Shown here one piece after another: positions 38,381-51,200 of a stretch of 64,000 nucleotides of DNA (position 1 is the stretch's first letter; each line of letters starts with the position of its first letter). The DNA is from Narcine bancroftii (taxonomy: Eukaryota): NCBI RefSeq assembly GCF_036971445.1, contig NC_091479.1, positions 74,276,001-74,340,000 of the forward strand. The letters run 5' to 3'. The translations under genes were made by a program, and so were the position numbers. The notes under the pieces were generated by a model. That model had not been told where the DNA came from and searched no databases. It was given only the letters and a program-made list of their open reading frames with translations.

Positions 38381-39187
38381 TTGTGAAATATGATAAAGTC
38401 CCAAGAATTCATAGAATGTCCATATTTAACAAAACTGGTACAAGTGCTCCAGGAACTGAGCTAATGGTGAAAGAAACTATCAAATGTTGTCCAAACACAA
38501 ACGTCACCTCCAGCAACGTTAAAAATGTAAACGCTGTCATTCCCAATTCATACTTACTAGTACTATCTAAAGAAAATAGATCTGATGTACAATGTATACC
38601 ATGTAAAATGTTATCACTTATGGGAGTCATTTGATTTTAAAAGCACAAAATTGAAGTCCTAATTTTTTTTACTTTTGAACATCTCAAATAATTGCTGTTA
38701 ATGAATCTGCATTCATCTCATTACCACTTCCCATAAGAGGATTTTATTTTAAATACAGTCAGTCCCTGGTTTATATAGTTTCCATTCCTGACAACTATTC
38801 ATAAGCCACATCAGAAACATCTGCTTTCTATAACCACCCATATGGTTAATCCCTCTGAATACATGATCTAATTATTTTTATTACTTTCAATAATTATTCT
38901 AACACTGCCCATAAATAAACTAATAGAATATACACTGTATGTAGACATTATTGCATACCATGACATTTTATTATTATACCAGCTTGAAAAATGTTTAAAA
39001 TACATGGGAGAATTTGCATAATGTCAGATTTCTACAAATCAAGTACCAATATTTGTAACCCAGGGAGCCTCTGTGCTTGTGAGACACTGCATGGATATGG
39101 GATTGTAAAGACTGCTACCACTTGACATGCAACTGGAATACAAACATACAAAGTTCACAATTCTGCAGAACTGAAACCACAAAAGTA

Positions 39188-39689
39188 TACCAAATATTTT
39201 GGTGTACAAGTAGAGTCATGAAACCCTTTAAAAATTCTCAAAGAGGGAAGGGGGGGGGGTCTACTTATTCGCCAGATATACTTTTCAGATCTTAAATTCA
39301 CACAAAAAAAATTGACGTCAATTCGGCATACAAGTTGATGGCAGAAGCACCTCCCCACCGCTGGGTGTTGCATTACCGCTCCTACCTGGGACCCTGAGGT
39401 CGCTGTCGCCACTCCTGCCTGGTAAGCTGAGGTTCCTGCTCCCGCCGGGAGCATGATGTCGGTGCTCCAAACACCTGCCCAGCAGGCCAAGATTTTTTTT
39501 TAAACTTTCTTAATTTACAGCTCTGTTACTTGCGATTGGGGTGTTTTAAAAATTTTTGGGTTGTTTCTGGGAGGCCCGGACAAATGTGGTTGACTTGTAT
39601 GCCGGATATACCATAAAAACATTAAAATTAGGCTGAAAAACGGGGGTCTACTTATATGCTGGTCAACTTATAAGCTAAAATGTATGGTA
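39188..39689. mobile_element. Non-autonomous DNA transposon (MITE) with imperfect TIRs, possibly Tc1/pogo-like
   Basis: taccaaatattttggtgtacaag ... cttataagctaaaatgtatggta; internal ggggtctacttat repeats. Confidence 0.65.
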
Positions 39690-40406
39690 ATACTGTAGTA
39701 ATTATTTTCACCTCTGTGAATATCCCCCCCCCCACGTATGTATCCAAGCTGGGTAGCTACCAAAAGCATCCAAAAAACAATTAAGTAGCCAAACACATTG
39801 TTTTCTTTATGTCAAAATATACTGCTTTAAAAATATCAGTGATGTGCACAAATACATAATAGACAGTGAAGAAGTACCTGAATTTAAAACTGATATGTGC
39901 TAAGCTGTCCACGTTCAACAGGGAGAAAATGGACTGTTTCACCAACTCCGCAGCAAAGCTGGGCAAGGACGAAAGAAAATTATCATCTTAGCTCTACATT
40001 CATAACCTTTTCCTTGTGAATTCTAGGTTCTGCTGCAGAATATCAAGGTGAGGGATCAATCCTATTCAGCTCCAACATTCCTGATTACTTCAGCTACTGT
40101 CAGTCAAATTTCCTGCAAATATTAGCTATCTAGGTACACACTGTAGAAAGTACTGAAGAAGCAATATTGCCTTCAGGACACTGTGTGTCAGATTAAGTCT
40201 TGAGGAAAGAAAATTAGAAAGGGGTGGGGTAAGGAACAACAAATTATCCAAAAGAAATTTTGCTATGTATCTAGGAAAAACTCACATGCTGGTTCCTAAT
40301 TATCATCCCATGTGTAAGACCTAGGTATAGTACACTACATCACCATTTAGAGTCAATGTAATTGGTATAATCTATTACCCTGGTGTCTGCAGTTAGTAAT
40401 TGTGCC

Positions 40407-40512
40407 CTTCTTTCTTCTTTGGCTTGGCTTCGCGGACGAAGATTTATGGAGGGGGTAAAAAGTCCACGTCAGCTGCAGGCTCGTTTGTGGCTGACCAGTC
40501 CGATGCGGGACG
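40407..40512 (-). mobile_element. Very short 3' stub of an RTE-like LINE
   Basis: Minus strand ends ...cgtccgcgaagccaagccaaagaagaaagaag (short-repeat tail); CpGs retained. Confidence 0.55.
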
Positions 40513-41210
40513 ATATTGTGAGCTCAAGACATTTTCCCAAACTGTGCTTTCAGCAGAAAATGGAATTTCGAACAGGTCTATTAAATCAAGGCTATAAATA
40601 ACTGGATCACTAACCTTGTGCAGTAAAGCCATCTTTATTAGCCTAAAGCATGACATCATCTTTTAGAACCAACCAACACTGGTTATTTCAACTTAAAGGG
40701 ATGGAGGGAAGGGATTCAACGAAAAGTATAATTTTATTCACAAGCATTGATTCAATTTTTAAAAAAATTAATTTGAAAGAGAATAAATATACAGTATTCT
40801 ATGAAAAAGTAATCTTCCCCTGGTCCTGCAAATAGGATACGAAATAAAATTCTTCCATCGGCATTTTATTCTAATACTCCAGTGCTTCAATCTTTATTTT
40901 CAAGAATCAAGTTTATTCCTGAAGCAGAGCTCATTCCAACTAGTGACCCTTTTCCTTGACATTACCACCCATAAATATACTAAATGATAGTTTACTGGGC
41001 CACTGATATCTGTACAAAATTATATGAGAGACATAGCAAAGTATTGCAGCAAGAAAGAGTGAGAGTTTCTCAAAGATTACACGGAAATCCTCTTTTTTTG
41101 TTTGTTAGTGACTCCCAGCATTTTCTTTTGCTGTGGTTTGACATCAGGTTCTGGAAATTATTTAACTTGGCTTTCAGTTATTTATCTTGCAAACAGCATC
41201 AGGTTTTCAG

Positions 41211-41322
41211 ATTGTCCTGTTCCAGTCCCAGTCCCAGCTGCTGCCGAACTGAATTCTCTCTCTCTCTCTATCTCAGAGAAAAGCCGGTTTTACTCTCTCT
41301 GCTTGCAAAACCACATGACCCT
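41211..41322. mobile_element. Partial copy of the 1-kb LTR family
   Basis: Matches 31463-31570 (ttgtcctgttccagtcccag...gcttgcaaaaccacatgaccct). Confidence 0.75.
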
Positions 41323-42324
41323 GTTAGAACCCAGTTTTCAGCTGGGTTTGATGTACAGCTCTGATTTACTGATTGTGCCATACTGTTCATAATTGCCCCC
41401 ACAATCGCCATAAAAATGGTGGGGGTCGTGCGCATGCTCTGCACATCAAACATGCAAATTGTTCAGTAATCCCAATTCAGCGCATACCACAAAAAGTAGC
41501 CTTTCATCTTCAAAATAAAACATATATAAACTTAATTCAGAATTATATTGAAGTTAAAAAAAAATCACATAATTTGATTTGACTTTTACAATGTCTAAAA
41601 TTCAAAGTTATGAATAAATTGTGAAAGTAAAACAATCTTACAGATAAGTAATTTTACTGACCAACAAGGAAAAGTACATTGTTTACTCATGAATTACACG
41701 CCATAAAAACATTAACATGGTACACACAAGTCCACTTCCAGACTCCAGTTAGATAATTGACTATATCGATAGACCATTTAAACATGAACACCAGGAACAA
41801 GAAATCTGACTGGTGATGCATAATCAGGTGCTATGGTAGTTAAGCTTCTCTGTTTTAATTATCTTCCCATTTCTCACCCAGTGAAATGAGAATATTTTAT
41901 TAGCTTGTTTATTTTTAAGCATTATAAAAATTCACATCCAAAGATGCATGCAAAGATATGTGTACCAATCTGTTATGATTTTCAGACTGCAATGTCGGGA
42001 AAATCATGGAAAAAAATGAACATAATTACTGCCCATGTGGTTGTTCACAGCCTTTTTAGACTGCAAGTATCTGAGTGCAACAGTCCCGGTGGTTGGACGT
42101 GCACTAGCGTGGATGATGGTCAACAAATTTTTCCGGTATGATTTACATTGCAGGCTTCCTCCAAAAAGTTGTAGGGGTCCTGCAGGATAAATCACAGTGC
42201 AGGAATTGAGGAAAAATTCCTAAACATTCCTTTTTTAGACTACCTGTGTAGCAGCAAATTACCTTGATTGTGCCGTTACATGTCTGCAATCTAAAAAATC
42301 ATAAATGGCAGTTATTTTCAAAAA

Positions 42325-42534
42325 TTTAGACATACAATACTGTAACAATTCAGCCCAACAAAAGTCCGTGCCGTCCAATTTACACCACATTAACCTACAC
42401 ACCAGCACATTTTTTGAAGGGTGGGAGAAAATCCACACAGGCACAAGGAGAATGTACAAACTCCTTACAGTCAGCGCAGGTTTCAAACTCAGGTCCGGTC
42501 CCGACTGCTGGCCCTGTAAAGCATTGCTCTAACC
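42325..42534 (-). mobile_element. tRNA-derived SINE, interrupted by the hAT element
   Basis: tttagacatacaatac...gagaatgtacaaactccttacagtcagcgcagg. Confidence 0.7.
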
Positions 42535-45079
42535 CAGGGGTCCGCAACCCACGGCTCTTTCATTCCTCTGCCGTGGCTGCCTGTGGCTTTGAAAAAAATA
42601 ATGTGAATACAGTAAATGGCTATTTTATTTAAATTATATTTTTATTTAGTTAGTTTATCAATGTAATTATTATTTTGGAGATTAAGGTGATCTTTTAACA
42701 TTTAAATAAAACATGTTGTAATATTTTGTTAATCAAAATTTGCATCACAGCACTGTAGTGGTTCATACCACTGTATACGTCACCTGTTGCTGCCCGGCAA
42801 GTGATTTCTTTTGAACTTTCAACCCCCGGTAAGCTAACCATGGATAAATCCAAAAAAAGAAAAGTTTCTGATGAAAATAGAACATTTAATGCTTCATGGA
42901 CAGATTCATTTGCTTTCACTGCTGTCAAAGCTGATCAGAGTAAAAATACTTTGAAGAAGTGGATGAAATCTAAAAATTCAAGAACTGCTGCTAGTTTTGC
43001 GGCAGCTCGGGAGATCGGGAAGCCGTTCACAGATGGAGAATATATAAAAGATTTGTTTATCAAGATATCAGAACATCTATTCTCGGACTTCAAAAATAAG
43101 AGTGAAATTGTTCAGAAAATCAGAGATATGCCACTCTCTGCAAAGACTGTCAAGGACAGGACCATAAAAATGGCAGCAAATATCACCAGTCAACTAATTA
43201 ATTCAGCTCCAGCGTACTCAATTGCCTGTGATGAATCAAAAGATGCAAGTGATATTCAGCAAATAGTGTTATTATGCGGATATGTGAACTCTGCTGGGCC
43301 ACAGGAAGAAATTGCTGAGGCCAAACACGGGGGGAGGACATCTGTGAAGCTGTGTTAGATTGTTTAAAGATCAAAGAAATAAACACCACCCCTTGGTGTC
43401 AGTGGCTACTGAAGGGGCACCAAGTATGACAGGAGCACAGAAGGAGTTTGTGACTACTTCAGAAGTCACTAGATAGAAAACTGCTGATGTTTCCCTGCAT
43501 TCTGCACAGAATGCACAGAAGTGATGAATCTTGTCATATAGTAAACAAAATAATGGCAAAAGGATTAAACCACCAACAGTTCTGTTCATTATTGGAAGAA
43601 GTTAAAAGAACATACTTTGATCTCCTGCTGCACAACAAAGTCCAGTGGCTGTCCAAAGGGGAGGTGCTGAAGCGGTATGCTGCGTGTCTGGAGCTTGTAA
43701 ACATTTTCCTGGAAAGCAAAGGGCTCACCTTTCCAGAGTTAAAACAGCCAGAATGGATGGAAAAGCTGCACTTCCTGGTGGATATGACAATGCAACTGAA
43801 CGTGCTGAACAAATGTCTTCAGGGGAAAGGAGGCTTAGCCCTGCAGATGCTGGAGGAGATTTTGGCATTTGAGCGCAAGATGACAGTGTTTGCTAGAGAT
43901 GTACCGAGAGGTACGCTGTCTCACTTCCCTGCTTTGAGAGGGTTCAAAGAAGCACACAATCAGATCAATTACGAGCATTTACAGGGTGCAATCATTGCAA
44001 TGCAAACTGTGTTTGGGGAAAGATGCAGTGAGTTCAGAGAGGAAAAAAAAAACACTTTGTCCTTCCCTGTCACTCCCCTAAACATTAATTTATCCCTGTT
44101 GAATATGACTGCATTTACAGATGCAAGTCAACCCAATCTTGAGATCGAACTGGCCAATATAGCTGACAAAGACTTATGGGTGTCTAAGTTCAGAAGCTTG
44201 ACAGCTGATCTTGAAGATGTTGATCGTTCGAAGGCCATTCTTGTTCAGAAGCACAAATGAAGTGAAATTGAAAACCTCCCCAAACTGGATAAACTTGTGT
44301 TCGAAACATGGAATTCAATTCCTGACATTTACATGAACATGAAAAAATATGCATTTGGTGTCCTGTCGATCTTTGGATCCACATACTTATGCGACCAGTT
44401 TCCTCCAGCATGAACTACATAAAAAGCAAACATCACTTGCACCTCACGGATGACAGCATGCAATCCTGCATGAAGATCAAAGTGATGTCTTGCAGCCTTG
44501 ATATTGATCAGCTGTGCAGTGAGGTTCAGGAGCGGAAGTCACATTAACCAGGTGAAAGAAATCATTTAATGAGTTATTATTTTGCAAATATAAATTTTTA
44601 TACTGGAGCCTGAACTGATGTAGTTGTGTTTTATATTTATATTTAGTTCGACTGAGGAAATCAATGGATGACGGCAACCTTCAGAATAAAGTACAAACCG
44701 GCATTTTTTTGTTTGCTCTTTTTAATTAAAGCGAATATTTTTTTTTTAAAAAATTCCACAAATAAGGGATGGACTCAAACAGGCCCGCATTGTGTATTTT
44801 ATTTGAAACTTATACGTGCCAGTGTCTTCTTTTAAAAAAAGAGTTCAAAAGAATTTGAAGTTTTGCTTTGTTATAAAATGTCAGTCATTTTCGGTTTGTA
44901 GTTTCTATACTTCCTAAATGTAACAAATTATAGTCCTCATATACATAGCCCAAGTGTAAAGAAACTAGATCTGTGGCATTTTCTTCAGTTTAGGGATTAA
45001 ACTGCTGCTCCAGATGGGTTTTATTTGGTGGGAAACAGGCCCAAATGACTCTTTTAATGCTGAAGGTTGCCAACCCCTA
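42535..45079 (+). mobile_element. hAT DNA transposon (Buster/SPIN-like, GTF2IRD2-type transposase), decayed and internally deleted
   Basis: TIRs CAGGGGTCCGCAACC / GGTTGCCAACCCCTA; near-TSD ctctaacc/ctctacca; frameshifted transposase 42840-44547 with GKPFTDGEYIK, SIACDESKDASD, ATEGAPSMTG, WLSKGEVLKR and IFGSTYLC. Confidence 0.9.
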
Positions 45080-45689
45080 CTCTACCAAATTGACCTAAAA
45101 ATAAGTTTTCAGAAACTAAATGATAAACAATGATTACTCTCTGCAGAGTCTTATTACTCTTTATTCCAGGATCTTACGAAGTGAATGTATCTCTCTATTT
45201 CTGATTATGCATCTTAGCTACAGTAACATTTATGACCAACGTATATTCTAATAGACTAGAATCTTGCATTTCCAACCAAGATCATCTTGAATATGAATGT
45301 TTTTTGTTCATGTAAAGTGAGATGTTTGAATGAAAATGTTAACAATTTTTAAAAAATCTGCAATAATTTTGCCCACATCAAACACTTTATTTGCATTATC
45401 TCTGTTATTAAAAATGTTTCAAATCTTTTAAATTCCAATACAGAGACCAGGGAAGCTGCAGTTGAAAATCATGCATCTGCTATTTTTAAACGTACTCATT
45501 AATGCATTTATATTCCATTTGTTTAACCCATTTGTTTTGTGGATCAATTTGTAGCAAAATTAGTTAAAACAGTCCAGATTTATCTTCAATCCTTTAAAGA
45601 AAAACAATCCAAAAAGCACTATTCTGAAAGTGTGTTTGTAATTCTGCCATCCACTCCACCTAAAAATTTTAATCCAACCCTTAAATCCA

Positions 45690-46710
45690 CTTCCCCTCCA
45701 CCCTACCATTGAAGATATCTAACTCATCTAATTTCCTGCAATAATCCTCTCAACTATTGAAATATCTTCTAAATGTTGCCACCTCCTTTTGCGGCTCATT
45801 CCATTTACCCACCATCTCCTGTGAAAAAGGTACCCCTTGGGTGACTTCATAAATTTTTCCCCTCACACCTTAAATGTATACCTCTAGTTTTAGATTCCAC
45901 TTCCCTGGGAAATGGACGATGACTACTCATCTAACCCCTCATGATCTCCGTAAGGTTCCCTACCCTCAGCTCCTATAGTCCAGGGAAAAAGTCAAAGCCT
46001 ACCCATCCTTTCCTTATAATTCAAGCCCCCCCCCAGTCCCACTAACATTCTTGTGAAACTTTTCAGTTTATTGAAATCCTTCCAATAGTGGGTGACCAGA
46101 ACTATACACCATTCTCCAAGTGTAGTCTCTCTAATGTCTCATGAAGTTATAACATGTCCTCCCTGCTCCTCTACTCAATGCCCTGATTGATAATGGAAAG
46201 CATGTCAAACAGCTTCTTTATCACCCTGCCTGCCTGTGCCACACTTTCAAGGAAATATGTACCTATACCTCCAAGTTTCTCTATTCTACTACACTTTCCA
46301 GGCCCCTACCATTCACTGTCTAAGACCTGCCTCAGTTTAACCTACTTAAATGTCTTCCATTAGTCGAGTTAAACTGTATTTGCTGTTCCTTTGCTTACCT
46401 TCCCAGTTGATTTAGATCCTGTTATTACCTCAGAAAACTTTTACGAATTATGGTATCATCCGCAAATAACTAACCTCGCTAACTGCAAGGTCAACAAAGT
46501 TGTTAATATTGATGGTGAATAATAGTGACCCACCACCAACCCTACAGCACACAAGTGATCACAGGCCTCCAATCAGAGGAGCAAGCTTTCACAATCATTG
46601 TCTGATTCCTACCATCAAGATAGATCGGTATCCAAATGACGAGCTCACCCTGGATCCAAATCATCTGACCTTCTGGACCAGCCTATCATGAAGGACCTTG
46701 TCTGACCTTA
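45690..46710 (-). mobile_element. Degenerate CR1-type LINE
   Basis: gggtgaccagaactatacac, ctctactcaatgccctg and tatcatccgcaaat (FADDT-like on the minus strand). Confidence 0.75.
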
Positions 46711-46714
46711 TAAA

Positions 46715-47072
46715 TCGTGGTTCTCAACCTTTCTTCTTTCGATTCACATACCATAGGTGCTCTGTGATTAGTCAGGGATTGCTTAAGGAGGTATGTGGGT
46801 GGAAGGAAAAAGGTTGACAACCACTGTTTTAATTGTACCTAATTGACTTGTTATGTGCACAGTGTCGTAACTCCAAAGGAAATTGGGCAATGACAATTTT
46901 TTCCCCCAAGCAAAATAGTTCAGTAACAATTGGGTCCAGAGCAGTGGTCCTCAACCTTCACTTCCCTCTCACATACCACCTTAAGCAATCCCTGACTAAT
47001 CTCAGAGCACCTATGGCGTAGGGATTACTTAAAGTGGTATGTAAGTGGAAAGAAAAAGGTTGAGAACCACTA
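46715..47072. mobile_element. Palindromic composite hAT-type MITE
   Basis: (c)gtggttctcaacc...ggttgagaaccacta; two inverted arms, each with its own TIR pair; second copy at 61610-61983. Confidence 0.8.
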
Positions 47073-47089
47073 CTATAATTTGAAAAAAA

Positions 47090-47358
47090 AATTTAGATAT
47101 ATAGCACAGTAACAGCCCCTTACTGCCTACGAGCCCATGCCACTTAAATGCACCAATTGACCTACAAACCCCATACGTTTATTTTGGGGGGGTGGGGTAG
47201 GAGGAAACTGGAACATCTGGAGGGAACCCATTCAAGAACATAGAAACTCTTTAGAGATAGCACTGGATTTGAACTGGGGATCGGGGGGGGGGGAGGGGGG
47301 GGAGGGGGTGGTGGGTCACTGATGCTGTAATAGTGCTGCACTAACTGCTATGCTGTCA
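47090..47358 (-). mobile_element. tRNA-derived SINE containing a G-rich tract
   Basis: tttagatatatagcacagtaaca...ggatttgaactgg...gctgtaatagtgctgcactaac. Confidence 0.65.
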
Positions 47359-48237
47359 CCCAAATTTTAAAGGAACCTTTGATGACAATGGGACATAATA
47401 ATAATTTGACAGGAAGAACATGGTAATTTAAACAATCTTAATCCAGTTTGTCAAAATGTTAAAAGGATGGCATTTCACACAAATGTCTGGGTTGCATTTA
47501 GAAAATAAGGGTCAGGCTGTAGCTGAGTTCATTTTGTCTCACTGGGAAGGGTCTGGAGTTTCACAAAAAGATCACTGCCATTTAAGTTTCAATGTATTTC
47601 AGATGTCAAAGAGGTGACGATACTCATTGCCAATCTCCAAATCCTGGCCCTAACTTGTTTTTGTGGTCCTGATCTGGGTCTGGCTCGAGTCAACCAATTT
47701 CACATTGAAAATGGAAGACATCAAGTGGTATCGGCTAGTCCACATTACAGCCCACAGCATTGTAGCGCTGCCACTTGAGCAGACCCTCGGGGAGCGAGGG
47801 AGCGGAGATGCAGAGCTCCCGCGGGGTCCAGCCGCTCAGTCGACTGCCGTCCACTGCACACAAACTTTAAACAGCCCGTTGAGGGAGCCAACGGTGGTTT
47901 TAGTTAAAATCCCACGGCCGCAGGTCTGCGCCCAAGACGGCAGCACCTATTAATCGGCAGCAGCCATGAGGGGCTGCAGACTCCAGGGAAGCGGAGGCCT
48001 GGAGCAGGGCACACCCTTTCTGAGAGAGAGAATTTGAGAAGACGACCTGCGGGTTTCAGTGACCACGGCAGCGAACCAGTGAGGGGGCTCTGTGGCTGAG
48101 GGACTAGTGCATGTGGCAGGCTGCTGGCAACTTGAGGAGGTGAGGAACCCATGGAAACCGTGAGCTTCTGGAGAGTGCAGACACTCGGTATCTCGGTGGG
48201 GGTTGGGGGGGGGATGAAGACGGACAGGACTCTTGCT

Positions 48238-51200
48238 TCCGTCTCCCTCTCTCCGTCTCCCTCTCTCCGTCTCCCTCTCTCCGTCTCCCTCTCTCCGTCT
48301 CCCTCTCTCCGTCTCCCCTCTCTCCGTCTCCCTCTCTCCGTCTCCCTCTCTCCGTCTCCCTCTCTCCGTCTCCCTCTCTCCGTCTCCCTCTCTCCGTCTC
48401 CCTCTCTCCGTCTCCCTCTCTCCGTCTCCCTCTCTCCGTCTCCCTCTCTCCGTCTCCCTCTCTCCGTCTCCCTCTCTCCGTCTCCCTCTCTCCGTCTCCC
48501 TCTCTCCGTCTCCCTCTCTCCGTCTCCCTCTCTCCGTCTCCCTCTCTCCGTCTCCCTCTCTCCGTCTCCCTCTCTCCGTCTCCCTCTCTCCGTCTCCCTC
48601 TCTCCGTCTCCCTCTCTCCGTCTCCCTCTCTCCGTCTCCCTCTCTCCGTCTCCCTCTCTCCGTCTCCCTCTCTCCGTCTCCCTCTCTCCGTCTCCCTCTC
48701 TCCGTCTCCCTCTCTCCGTCTCCCTCTCTCCGTCTCCCTCTCTCCGTCTCCCTCTCTCCGTCTCCCTCTCTCCGTCTCCCTCTCTCCGTCTCCCTCTCTC
48801 CGTCTCCCTCTCTCCGTCTCCCTCTCTCCGTCTCCCTCTCTCCGTCTCCCTCTCTCCGTCTCCCTCTCTCCGTCTCCCTCTCTCCGTCTCCCTCTCTCCG
48901 TCTCCCTCTCTCCGTCTCCCTCTCTCCGTCTCCCTCTCTCCGTCTCCCTCTCTCCGTCTCCCTCTCTCCGTCTCCCTCTCTCCGTCTCCCTCTCTCCGTC
49001 TCCCTCTCTCCGTCTCCCTCTCTCCGTCTCCCTCTCTCCGTCTCCCTCTCTCCGTCTCCCTCTCTCCGTCTCCCTCTCTCCGTCTCCCTCTCTCCGTCTC
49101 CCTCTCTCCGTCTCCCTCTCTCCGTCTCCCTCTCTCCGTCTCCCTCTCTCCGTCTCCCTCTCTCCGTCTCCCTCTCTCCGTCTCCCTCTCTCCGTCTCCC
49201 TCTCTCCGTCTCCCTCTCTCCGTCTCCCTCTCTCCGTCTCCCTCTCTCCGTCTCCCTCTCTCCGTCTCCCTCTCTCCGTCTCCCTCTCTCCGTCTCCTCT
49301 CTCCGTCTCCCTCTCTCCGTCTCCCTCTCTCCGTCTCCCTCTCTCCGTCTCCCTCTCTCCGTCTCCCTCTCTCCGTCTCCCTCTCTCCGTCTCCCTCTCT
49401 CCGTCTCCCTCTCTCCGTCTCCCTCTCTCCGTCTCCCTCTCTCCGTCTCCCTCTCTCCGTCTCCCTCTCTCCGTCTCCCTCTCTCCGTCTCCCTCTCTCC
49501 GTCTCCCTCTCTCCGTCTCCCTCTCTCCGTCTCCCTCTCTCCGTCTCCCTCTCTCCGTCTCCCTCTCTCCGTCTCCCTCTCTCCGTCTCCCTCTCTCCGT
49601 CTCCCTCTCTCCGTCTCCCTCTCTCCGTCTCCCTCTCTCCGTCTCCCTCTCTCCGTCTCCCTCTCTCCGTCTCCCTCTCTCCGTCTCCCTCTCTCCGTCT
49701 CCCTCTCTCCGTCTCCCTCTCTCCGTCTCCCTCTCTCCGTCTCCCTCTCTCCGTCTCCCTCTCTCCGTCTCCCTCTCTCCGTCTCCCTCTCTCCGTCTCC
49801 CTCTCTCCGTCTCCCTCTCTCCGTCTCCCTCTCTCCGTCTCCCTCTCTCCGTCTCCCTCTCTCCGTCTCCCTCTCTCCGTCTCCCTCTCTCCGTCTCCCT
49901 CTCTCCGTCTCCCTCTCTCCGTCTCCCTCTCTCCGTCTCCCTCTCTCCGTCTCCCTCTCTCCGTCTCCCTCTCTCCGTCTCCCTCTCTCCGTCTCCCTCT
50001 CTCCGTCTCCCTCTCTCCGTCTCCCTCTCTCCGTCTCCCTCTCTCCGTCTCCCTCTCTCCGTCTCCCTCTCTCCGTCTCCCTCTCTCCGTCTCCCTCTCT
50101 CCGTCTCCCTCTCTCCGTCTCCCTCTCTCCGTCTCCCTCTCTCCGTCTCCCTCTCTCCGTCTCCCTCTCTCCGTCTCCCTCTCTCCGTCTCCCTCTCTCC
50201 GTCTCCCTCTCTCCGTCTCCCTCTCTCCGTCTCCCTCTCTCCGTCTCCCTCTCTCCGTCTCCCTCTCTCCGTCTCCCTCTCTCCGTCTCCCTCTCTCCGT
50301 CTCCCTCTCTCCGTCTCCCTCTCTCCGTCTCCCTCTCTCCGTCTCCCTCTCTCCGTCTCCCTCTCTCCGTCTCCCTCTCTCCGTCTCCCTCTCTCCGTCT
50401 CCCTCTCTCCGTCTCCCTCTCTCCGTCTCCCTCTCTCCGTCTCCCTCTCTCCGTCTCCCTCTCTCCGTCTCCCTCTCTCCGTCTCCCTCTCTCCGTCTCC
50501 CTCTCTCCGTCTCCCTCTCTCCGTCTCCCTCTCTCCGTCTCCCTCTCTCCGTCTCCCTCTCTCCGTCTCCCTCTCTCCGTCTCCCTCTCTCCGTCTCCCT
50601 CTCTCCGTCTCCCTCTCTCCGTCTCCCTCTCTCCGTCTCCCTCTCTCCGTCTCCCTCTCTCCGTCTCCCTCTCTCCGTCTCCCTCTCTCCGTCTCCCTCT
50701 CTCCGTCTCCCTCTCTCCGTCTCCCTCTCTCCGTCTCCCTCTCTCCGTCTCCCTCTCTCCGTCTCCCTCTCTCCGTCTCCCTCTCTCCGTCTCCCTCTCT
50801 CCGTCTCCCTCTCTCCGTCTCCCTCTCTCCGTCTCCCTCTCTCCGTCTCCCTCTCTCCGTCTCCCTCTCTCCGTCTCCCTCTCTCCGTCTCCCTCTCTCC
50901 GTCTCCTCTCTCCGTCTCCCTCTCTCCGTCTCCCTCTCTCCGTCTCCCTCTCTCCGTCTCCCTCTCTCCGTCTCCCTCTCTCCGTCTCCCTCTCTCCTCC
51001 GTCTCCCTCTCTCGTCTCCCTCTCTCCGTCTCCCTCTCTCCGTCTCCCTCTCTCCGTCTCCCTCTCTCCGTCTCCCTCTCTCCGTCTCCTCTCTCCGTCT
51101 CCCTCTCTCCGTCTCCCTCTCTCCGTCTCCCTCTCCGTCTCCCTCTCTCCGTCTCCCTCTCTCCGTCTCCCTCTCTCCGTCTCCCTCTCTCCGTCTCCCT

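Noticed and set aside
42801-44260. Domesticated GTF2IRD2/ZBED-like gene
   Set aside because: Frameshifts, stops and a deleted BED finger, with TIRs and TSD still present, indicate a decayed transposon
47663-48237. SULT4A1 exon 1 or a PNPLA exon in the CpG-enriched stretch
   Set aside because: No frame resembles GVRLPPFCRGK/TYPKSG or the patatin SFAGCGFLG motif
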